Shown in pieces: positions 1-7,328 of a DNA stretch of 45,940 bases. The position numbers and the translations under genes are program-made. Source of the DNA: an uncultured Microcoleus sp. (GTDB lineage: Bacteria; Cyanobacteriota; Cyanobacteriia; Cyanobacteriales; FACHB-T130); the NCBI GenBank assembly GCA_964657555.1, contig CAZZWA010000003.1, positions 1-45,940 of the forward strand. The letters run 5' to 3'. A model generated the notes under the pieces. It saw only the letters and a list, made by a program, of their open reading frames with translations. It did not search any database and was not told the origin of the DNA. Numbering within the stretch: the stretch's first letter is position 1; every line of letters starts with the position of its first letter.

Positions 1-2
1 TA

Positions 3-42
3 TATAGTATTTATATAGTGAATGTCAAAATTATGTTCGCCA
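3..42 (+). repeat. Left copy of a ~40-nt direct repeat (AT-rich leader plus first 10 nt of the first ORF); partner at 2292-2330
   Basis: 3-31 (tatagtatttatatagtgaatgtcaaaat) is identical to 2292-2320 and 33-42 (atgttcgcca) is identical to 2321-2330. The only difference is one extra t at 32. Confidence 0.9.
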
Positions 43-2189
43 ACCAAACCTTCAAAAACTTGCTAATCGATAGTAGTTTGCTTGTTTTGATAGTTTTGGT
101 TGCACTCAGTATTACGTTTGTGTATGTATCTAGCGAACATACATTTTATTTTTGGGACTACACTACATATCAATCTTTGACAAATGCTAAAGTCATTAGT
201 TTTCGCGAGTCACCCGTTAAGGCTTTGTACGAAACGTGGCAATCAACTGCTAATAACTATAGCGATATTCCTACCCTACTGCTTATTCCATTCCAACTCA
301 TTTTTGGTGATTCCCGTCTAGTTTATATACTCAGCATAGTCCTGGTAGACCTGCTGCCCTTTGTGTTAGTCATGGCAGCTATAGCAGTAAAACTAATTCC
401 ATCGTATCCGCGTGCTGTTTATTGGTCTACAGCACTACTCACTTTGTTAACACCTGTGGCTTTGGTTCCCACCCTACGCGGTTACGTTGATACAGGTGCT
501 GCCTTGCTGATAGGACTAGCAATACTAGTGTACCTGCAAGATGTCAGACTAAAACATTGGTGGCAGATAGCACTCATCGGATTTTTGATTGCGATCGCAG
601 GATTATTTCGCCGTCATTTTGTTTATGATGGCATCGCCTTCTTTGTGGCGCTGGGGCTACAAACCCTAATTGCCTTTGGCGTTCAAGTGCGGCAACACCC
701 ACATGAGGCTTTAAGCAGCTTACTTGACAACAGTGTGCGGATTGCCTGCACAGGGGCAGCAAGCTTGCTTACTTTAGCTGTACTGGGATGGCCGTTTATT
801 GACACAGTTGCACACACTAATTACAGTCTTCTCTACGCTGCCTATGAAGTTCCGTTAAGCGAAGGTCTTCGGTATTACGGAGTTTCTTATGGTTGGATTG
901 CCTGGATACTGGCTGGACTAGGAATGGCTGCGGGAATCCGCACTCGCGTGCTAGCGCGTCCGGTGGCCAGCTTTATTATCCTATTTGGCAGCTTTTCCCT
1001 CATCCAGTGGGTAATCAAGGTGAAGCAAGTGGGCGTTCACTATACCTTGCACTTCACCCTATTGATTGTGCTGGGTTTGATTGCCTTTGGCTGGACTGCT
1101 GGGATGACACTCAAGGGGAGAACGCGATCGCTACTACTCGGTGCTAGTTGTTTTTATCTGATCTGGAATGCTGTCATCGGTCTAGTTCCTATGGATATAC
1201 TCAACAACACCCTAATTCGCCCGACTAGACTTGGTATGAGTCGAATTCCAGACAGCGTAGGCACTCAACTTAGTAAGCTATTTTCCGCTAATTATCCTCC
1301 CTTAAAACGTGCAGATTACAATGAAGTTCTCCGCTTGGTTGATTATCTCTCCACTGTCGCCTCTAACCAAGAATCAATCTATGTTGCAGCTACTTCAAGA
1401 TTCTTAAATTATAGTATTGCTGGAAGTGCTGATAGCACATTACACAAAGGGGAGCCCAAGTTAAATATTTTTGTCAGTCCAGACATCGACTCTCGCGACC
1501 AGTATCCATTAGAGCTGTTGTTACAGGCACAATATGTCGTTGTGGCAACTCCTTTCTACTCCCTTTTACGGCCTCAGGAACAAAAAGTCGTCAAGGTAGT
1601 TGTAGATGCTTTTAATGAAAATTGGGAGATAGCACAGGATTTTACTCGTCTTCCCGTACAATTTACCCTAGCCGATGGTGCTGTTGTCAATGTTTACAAG
1701 CGAAGGCGTAATACTTCCCTAGAAACTGCTGTACGCACATTTAGTTCTATGCAAAACTACATCGGTACGCGTCCTGGCAGACAGGGGAATTGGCTAAGCC
1801 TCAGCGCAGTCCCAGGTTATACAATTAGCCAATATCGGAACACTTACTCTGTGCGAACTAATTCAACCTATACACACCCAGATCCGGCAACGTGGTTCCT
1901 TTATTTAAATCCGCTGCCAGCTCAGTTTGCTATCACTGGCCAAATGAAATATCTTAATTCTCAGTGTTCTGGCGCATCGCTGAGTTTTGCCATGATGAAT
2001 GCACAAAATCAGGTTATTGACACAAAGCAAATTACGTACCATCGGCATGATGCACCTCAATTGGCAATGTTACTTCAGAAAGGAGATGCTACTTACCTGC
2101 TTTTCAATATATCGGAGATTGATGACAAGAAAGATTCGCTTAATCACTGTGCGATAATAATTAGGAATTTTGCCCTGTCTCGTAAATAG
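33..2189 (+). CDS. Polytopic membrane protein with a C-terminal soluble domain; possibly a GT-C-fold (ArnT/PMT-like) glycosyltransferase
   Basis: Long ORF (track 18-2189 from GTG; ATG at 33 preferred). About 400 aa of repeated hydrophobic helices are followed by a ~300-aa hydrophilic domain. The function is a guess from topology only. Confidence 0.7.
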   Translation: MFANQTFKNLLIDSSLLVLIVLVALSITFVYVSSEHTFYFWDYTTYQSLTNAKVISFRESPVKALYETWQSTANNYSDIPTLLLIPFQLIFGDSRLVYILSIVLVDLLPFVLVMAAIAVKLIPSYPRAVYWSTALLTLLTPVALVPTLRGYVDTGAALLIGLAILVYLQDVRLKHWWQIALIGFLIAIAGLFRRHFVYDGIAFFVALGLQTLIAFGVQVRQHPHEALSSLLDNSVRIACTGAASLLTLAVLGWPFIDTVAHTNYSLLYAAYEVPLSEGLRYYGVSYGWIAWILAGLGMAAGIRTRVLARPVASFIILFGSFSLIQWVIKVKQVGVHYTLHFTLLIVLGLIAFGWTAGMTLKGRTRSLLLGASCFYLIWNAVIGLVPMDILNNTLIRPTRLGMSRIPDSVGTQLSKLFSANYPPLKRADYNEVLRLVDYLSTVASNQESIYVAATSRFLNYSIAGSADSTLHKGEPKLNIFVSPDIDSRDQYPLELLLQAQYVVVATPFYSLLRPQEQKVVKVVVDAFNENWEIAQDFTRLPVQFTLADGAVVNVYKRRRNTSLETAVRTFSSMQNYIGTRPGRQGNWLSLSAVPGYTISQYRNTYSVRTNSTYTHPDPATWFLYLNPLPAQFAITGQMKYLNSQCSGASLSFAMMNAQNQVIDTKQITYHRHDAPQLAMLLQKGDATYLLFNISEIDDKKDSLNHCAIIIRNFALSRK

Positions 2190-2291
2190 CTCATCTGAGA
2201 AAATAAAGAATTTCTAATTAACTAAGTGAAGTGCAATTATGTGAATAAAACTGATAAATTAACATGATAAAATATAATCCGTCCATCTGCT

Positions 2292-2330
2292 TATAGTATT
2301 TATATAGTGAATGTCAAAATATGTTCGCCA
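2292..2330 (+). repeat. Right copy of the 40-nt leader/start-codon repeat, ~100 nt downstream of the stop of the same gene
   Basis: Matches 3-42 with a 1-nt indel. Here the ATG opens only a 16-codon ORF (MFAMINPQLDTRDSQA). Confidence 0.9.
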
Positions 2331-2848
2331 TGATCAATCCCCAGCTCGACACTCGGGATTCACAGGCATGACATCCTGGAAGATGATCACCTCCTGTCTG
2401 GCAATCTTAGAACATGGCTTCAACTCCACTTCGAGCTGCCTCCGCCTTCAGGGCGGAGGATCAACTGCCTAAGTTAGTCCGCAGCTACCAACCTGCGTCC
2501 GCTACAGCCCGGCGATATTTTCGTTGCCAATCAGCCGCCTGCTCAGGAACAGCCCAGCACCACCGAAATCTGAATACTTGACCGATGCTCTAGGCCGGGG
2601 GTGCAGGCGAGGCAGAGGGAGAGGCAGAAAATGAAAGTTATTTGTATTAAAACAGCTCAGTATAAAATAATAGACTTTATCTTTCTTAATTGAATTTTAT
2701 AAATTTGTAGAAGTTATTTTTTACTTTCAGACCTCAGAGGGAGTTTATTGCCAGAGCTGTTACAGAGGATAGTATATGGAAATACAAAAATATAAAACCA
2801 AGTTACTACTTAGGGAACCTGAAATAAATAATCATCCTTTCGTTATGG

Positions 2849-2895
2849 CAGTCCTCAGTCCTTAAATACCAAGGACTAACGACCAAGGACTAATG
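2849..2895. repeat. STRR-like repeat cluster: two agtcct(c/t) units facing a tandem 14-mer accaaggactaa(c/t)g x2
   Basis: agtcctt (2857-2863) is the reverse complement of aaggact (2871-2877 and 2885-2891). The tandem 14-mers are 2868-2881 and 2882-2895. Same heptamer family (TTAGTCC/GGACTAA) as 15687-15742. Confidence 0.8.
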
Positions 2896-2983
2896 ACAAC
2901 TTCACAAAGGATATTTATTTTGGTCGAGTTCCCTTACACGATATCTCAGTAGTTTGAGTTTAAGCATTGGCGAGGGAAAAACC

Positions 2984-5900
2984 ATGTTTCAAAATGTAGG
3001 AATGACTCTAGAATTACGCAACATGCAATTCTGGATATCTCAGATTCCAGAAAATCAGCTCAAACCCGAAGAAGTAGCCCTAATCTTTTCTGGGCCTCAG
3101 TTTTTTGTGCCGTTGATTGCGGGGGTAGTGATGGCCTTCGCTTTCCAATTGCTGTTAACAAATTTTTCTGTCGCAGCTGGAATTTCAGCCTGGGAGAGTC
3201 CCTTAGAGTCGGATGACGACGACTCAATTAGTTTGGGTAAACAGATTCGCAAAGTTGAATCAAAAGTAGGATTTTGGACGCTGTTAACCGTCAACATTGC
3301 CTTGTTCGTTGCTTGTTTTCTAGCGGTAAAACTTAGCCTGATTAGTAATCCCAGCTTGGGAGCAATTATTGGCGTAGTCATCTGGTCAGTCTACTTCTTA
3401 TTGCTCGTCTGGGTGAGTTCCAATACATTGGGTTCTTTTATTGGTTCCGCCGTAAAAACTGCGACTTCTGGTTTGCAAGGGGTGATGGCAACGGCAGCTA
3501 CCGCTTTTGGGGCAAATGCTGCAAATGCCCAGATTGTTAACACCGTAGAGGCATCCGTAGCCGCAGTTCGCCGTGAACTGTCCGAGGCTGTAGACCCTAG
3601 CAGGATCGGGGAGACGGTAGAAGACTATTTGGGAGGACTGCAACTGCCAAAGCTAGATCTCAAAGAGATTCGCAGTAACTTTGAAAAGTTACTCAACGAT
3701 CCAGATGTAAGATCTCTAGCTGGCAGTGGTGCTCTAGGCAACATCAATCGCCAGAGTTTTGTGGATTTAGCAAGCAGCCGCACGGATTTCTCTAAACAAG
3801 ATATCGAGCGGGTTGCAGACCAACTGGAAGCTGTCTGGAAGCAAGTCGTCAACCAGCAACCCCAGCAACTCATGGCCCAAGGGCAGGATGATCTGACGTC
3901 TGGCAATCCTCAAGAGGTGACGAATGGAATTGGCAAGCAGCTGGATGAAACGATTGGAGGCAACCGTCAACAGCAGCAGCCTGGACTGATGGAACGGGCG
4001 GTGCAGTACGGTGGAACTGCCCTAATGGGAGCAGTACTCAAGAATATAGATCTCTCCAAAGTAGATGTTGAGAATGTCTCTGGCCAGTTGCAAAATCTCA
4101 AAGAGCAAGCAACGGAGCAAGCGCAAAAGTTAGGCAGTAAGATTAGCGAAAACCTGCCTGCGCTACAGTCCAACCCTATTCGGGCAGATGTAGAAAATTA
4201 CCTGCTAAATTCTCAGCCTTGGCATCTGAACCGCGAGACGATCAAACAAGAATTCAAAGACGTTATTTACGACCCTGAAGCTGCCCCAGGGGCAATTCGA
4301 CCCCTATTAGAGCAACTGAATCGGGATTATTTCATGCAATTACTCAATCAGCGGGGTAATTTCGATGCTGATAGAGTAGCGGAAATTGCCGATCAGCTGG
4401 AAGGCATTCGTAATGAAGTTTTTGAAACTGTTCAAGCTGGCGAATCTCAAGAACACTCGCAATATCTCCGCAGTCGAGTGGAAAATTATCTCCGCTCAAC
4501 AGGGAAAGAGGAACTCAACCCAGAAGGCATTCAGCGTGATTTCACCGCACTTCTGGAAGATCCGCAGGCAGGTGTGGAAGCTTTGCGCGATCGCCTATCC
4601 CAATTTGACCGCGACACCTTGGTGCAACTGCTGGGCCAGCGCGAAGACTTTAGCCAAGAGGAAGCAGATCAGCTGATTGGCAATCTAGAAAGCACCCGCG
4701 ATCGCGTCTTGTCACAAGTACAGGAACTCCAAGAACAAACTAAGTCTAAAGCACAAGAGTTGCGGCAAAGAGTAGAATCTTATCTGCGCGATACCAACAA
4801 AGAAGAACTAAATCCAGAAGGTATCAAGCGAGATCTGCAAACTCTCCTGGATGACCCACAAGCAGGACTAAAAGCACTACGGGAGAGACTTTCTCAATTT
4901 GACCGCGACACTCTGGTACAACTGTTGAGCCAGCGCCAAGATCTTAGCGAAGAGCAGGTGAACCAGGTGATCACGCAAATTGAAGAGGTAAAGGATAGCA
5001 TCCTGCAAGCACCGCAAAAAGCGGCAGCTCAGGCTAAGGAGCAATACGACCAAATCGCGACCAAGATTGAAGATTATCTGCGGAACACCAAACTGGAGGA
5101 ACTCAACCCTGAAGGTATTCAGCAAGATTTCGCTAAACTATTTGATCATCCCAAAGAGGGCACACGGGCGCTACGAGAACGGCTTTCTCAGGTAGATCGA
5201 GAAACCTTGGTCAAGCTGCTGAGTCAACGGGGAGACTTGAGCGAAGAGCAAATCAATCAGCTCGTTGATCGCGTACAAGAGACAATTAGCAGCATTGTCA
5301 AAGCACCCAGACGCTTGGCATCCCGTGCAAAAAACACCGTACAGGATTTCCAAGCCAATCTGGAAAGCTACCTGCGGAACACTCACAAAGAAGAACTCAA
5401 TCCCGAAAGCATCAAGCGAGATCTGCAATTATTGTTGAGCGATCCGCAATCTGGCATCGGAAATCTGGGCGATCGCCTCAAGCAGTTCGACCGTTCTACT
5501 TTAGTGTCACTGCTGTCGCAACGAGAGGATATTTCAGAGGAAGAAGCAAACCAGATTGCTGATCGCATAGAGGCTGTGCGTAACCAGTTGGGAGAACAAG
5601 TTCAGAATGCTCAGCGCAAATTACAATCGGGAGTCGATAGCATTTTTGCTAAAGTCCGTGACTACCTCAACTCTCTTGAACGTCCCGAACTCAACTATGA
5701 AGGTATTCAGCGAGACTTCCGTAAACTGTTTGATGACCCGCAAGCCGGATTTGAGGCATTGCAAGAGCGTCTAGGTCAATTCGACCGGGATACCTTAGTT
5801 GCGCTGTTGAGTTCTCGCGAAGATATCTCTGAAGCTGATGTCAACCGGATCATCGACCAGATTGAAGGAGCGCGTGATCGCGTACTACAACGCGCTGAAC

Positions 5901-6097
5901 GCCTCCAGCAATCAGCTCAAAAACGCATTCAAGATCTCAAGCACAAAGCAGCAAAGCAAGCTGAGGAAACCCGCAAAGCTGCCGCAACTGCTGCTTGGTG
6001 GGTATTTGGTACGGCTTTGACTTCCGTCGCTACCGCAGCGATCGCCGGAGCAATAGCCGTAGGTGGTCTAGACTTCATGAATTATTTCCTTGGTTAA
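2984..6097 (+). CDS. Large repeat protein anchored by N-terminal TM helices and a C-terminal TM helix, with ~7 helical ~98-aa modules between; function unknown
   Basis: ORF track 2954-6097 (TTG). The ATG at 2984 is preceded by gaggga. Hydrophobic helices occupy the first ~170 aa, and AAWWVFGTALTSVATAAIAGAIAVGGL sits at the C-terminus. Repeated module: YLR.T.KEELNPEGIQRDF..L.DPQAG..AL..RL.QFDRDTLV.LLSQR.D.SEE. Confidence 0.85.
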   Translation: MFQNVGMTLELRNMQFWISQIPENQLKPEEVALIFSGPQFFVPLIAGVVMAFAFQLLLTNFSVAAGISAWESPLESDDDDSISLGKQIRKVESKVGFWTLLTVNIALFVACFLAVKLSLISNPSLGAIIGVVIWSVYFLLLVWVSSNTLGSFIGSAVKTATSGLQGVMATAATAFGANAANAQIVNTVEASVAAVRRELSEAVDPSRIGETVEDYLGGLQLPKLDLKEIRSNFEKLLNDPDVRSLAGSGALGNINRQSFVDLASSRTDFSKQDIERVADQLEAVWKQVVNQQPQQLMAQGQDDLTSGNPQEVTNGIGKQLDETIGGNRQQQQPGLMERAVQYGGTALMGAVLKNIDLSKVDVENVSGQLQNLKEQATEQAQKLGSKISENLPALQSNPIRADVENYLLNSQPWHLNRETIKQEFKDVIYDPEAAPGAIRPLLEQLNRDYFMQLLNQRGNFDADRVAEIADQLEGIRNEVFETVQAGESQEHSQYLRSRVENYLRSTGKEELNPEGIQRDFTALLEDPQAGVEALRDRLSQFDRDTLVQLLGQREDFSQEEADQLIGNLESTRDRVLSQVQELQEQTKSKAQELRQRVESYLRDTNKEELNPEGIKRDLQTLLDDPQAGLKALRERLSQFDRDTLVQLLSQRQDLSEEQVNQVITQIEEVKDSILQAPQKAAAQAKEQYDQIATKIEDYLRNTKLEELNPEGIQQDFAKLFDHPKEGTRALRERLSQVDRETLVKLLSQRGDLSEEQINQLVDRVQETISSIVKAPRRLASRAKNTVQDFQANLESYLRNTHKEELNPESIKRDLQLLLSDPQSGIGNLGDRLKQFDRSTLVSLLSQREDISEEEANQIADRIEAVRNQLGEQVQNAQRKLQSGVDSIFAKVRDYLNSLERPELNYEGIQRDFRKLFDDPQAGFEALQERLGQFDRDTLVALLSSREDISEADVNRIIDQIEGARDRVLQRAERLQQSAQKRIQDLKHKAAKQAEETRKAAATAAWWVFGTALTSVATAAIAGAIAVGGLDFMNYFLG
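4190..5947 (+). repeat. Intragenic tandem array: six ~96-98-codon modules, five of them spaced exactly 294 nt apart
   Basis: Module starts (V/I/L-E-x-Y-L) are at 4190, 4478, 4772, 5066, 5360 and 5654. A degenerate extra module starts at 3617 (VEDYLGG). Confidence 0.9.
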
Positions 6098-6124
6098 AGG
6101 TTTAACGACCATCAAGTAAACCCT

Positions 6125-6160
6125 AAAAATAGGCCAGCTTAGAGCTGGCCTATTTTTTCT
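6125..6160. terminator. Rho-independent, bidirectional-type terminator after the repeat-protein gene
   Basis: The stem ggccagct (6132-6139) / agctggcc (6143-6150) is extended by an A-tract (6125-6131) pairing with a T-tract (6151-6157), followed by ttttttct. Confidence 0.8.
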
Positions 6161-6357
6161 TGATTCAGCATCGTCCACTACCGGACGGGTTCACAATTAA
6201 AACTGGCGACCACAACGCAGCAATAAATATTAAATATATCGCAGTCGGTCATGCCGTGATTAAAGCTCAGGATATGCCCGATGCAGTAGCAGGGGTCACT
6301 GAGAAGCCAGCGCTCTTGAACTACAAGCAAGCTGGCAATCGCGATCTGGATTATTAG
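6160..6357 (+). pseudogene. tnpB: C-terminal relic of an IS200/IS605-family TnpB (OrfB) RNA-guided nuclease
   Basis: The 65-aa ORF contains GDHNAAINIKYIAVGH, which resembles the last RuvC motif (D-x-D/H-x-NAA-x-NI, then VG) at the C-terminus of TnpB/IS1341 OrfB. No zinc-finger CxxC, upstream RuvC I/II or tnpA is present. The ORF is squeezed between a terminator and a convergent gene. Confidence 0.5.
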
Positions 6358-7310
6358 TTTGCAAGACGTTTAATGCGCTTATGGTCATACATCAGCTTGT
6401 CTGCTTGTGCCAGCAAGTATTCTAGTGAAGCATCATCCTTCAAAGTGCAAAACTGCACCCCCACACTTATTGATAATTGGTAAGGGCGAGCACTTTCTTG
6501 ATTAAAGCGCTCAATATTCTTTTGTAGTCGAATGTGAAAGTTATCGGTGTTGTCTGAGCAAGCAGGGATAAAGATGGCAAATTCATCACCTCCGAGGCGG
6601 GCAACAATGTCCGCCTCCCGGAAGGTTTGCTTCAGGAGCTGGGCTGCGTCAGCGATCACCCTATCTCCCACTTCATGTCCAAAAGAGTCGTTGATCTGCT
6701 TCAACCCATCTAAATCAGTCATTATAATACAGCAATTGGATTGAGTGCGATGAGCAATTTTTAGCTGTTGCTCTGCCAATAAAAAGAAGCCTCGTCGGTT
6801 ATGAATACCCGTTAACTCATCGGTTAGAGATAGGTGCCGCACCTGGGCTTCAGCCTTTAGTCGTTCGGCAATTTCTTGCTCTAGGCGTTGATTTTGCTGA
6901 ATCAGTTGTTGACGTTGCTGTTGGATCAGTAATTGATTTTTGACTCTGATCAGCACTTCCAGTTCTTGAAAAGGCTTAGTGATGTAATCATGTCCGCCCA
7001 TTTCAAATGCCCGAACCTTGCCATCAATTTGATGGAGGGCACTGATAAAAATAATGGGAATATTTGCAGTTGCTTCAGATGCCTTTAACTGCTGACAGAC
7101 TTCATACCCATCCATATCTGGCATTGTGATATCGAGCAAAATCAAATCTGGTGGATGACGATGAACCCCCTGAAGTGCCATTTTGCCATTAAGCGATTTA
7201 CGAACGAGATAGCCTTGAGATTCCAAGATTTTGGTTAATAGCCGCAAGTTATCGGGAGTATCGTCCACGATCAGGATATTGTTCGGATCAGCAGGTTTGA
7301 GTAGAGTCAT
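6354..7310 (-). CDS. Response regulator receiver fused to a GGDEF diguanylate cyclase
   Basis: REC motifs are present (ILIVDD, LILLDITMPDMDG, KPF). A Q-rich coiled-coil linker follows. The GGDEF domain reads RLGGDEFAIF with an RxxD I-site (READ) five residues upstream. SD gggagg lies before the ATG. The start is 18 nt downstream of the phytochrome stop. Confidence 0.93.
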   Translation of the reverse strand: MTLLKPADPNNILIVDDTPDNLRLLTKILESQGYLVRKSLNGKMALQGVHRHPPDLILLDITMPDMDGYEVCQQLKASEATANIPIIFISALHQIDGKVRAFEMGGHDYITKPFQELEVLIRVKNQLLIQQQRQQLIQQNQRLEQEIAERLKAEAQVRHLSLTDELTGIHNRRGFFLLAEQQLKIAHRTQSNCCIIMTDLDGLKQINDSFGHEVGDRVIADAAQLLKQTFREADIVARLGGDEFAIFIPACSDNTDNFHIRLQKNIERFNQESARPYQLSISVGVQFCTLKDDASLEYLLAQADKLMYDHKRIKRLAN

Positions 7311-7328
7311 ATGTTTTCCTCCCTAAAG

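Noticed and set aside
3617-5947. Regularly spaced repeats considered as a possible CRISPR-like array (likewise the SSUL repeats at 20315-21268)
   Set aside because: The periodicity is 294 nt (about 260-350 nt for SSUL) and lies wholly within long ORFs, with protein-level conservation. There is no short repeat/spacer organisation and no cas genes are present.
6160-6357. Treating the 65-aa ORF as a functional small gene
   Set aside because: It starts on TTG directly at the end of a terminator and overlaps a convergent gene. Its only recognisable content is a truncated TnpB C-terminus, so it is better explained as an IS relic.
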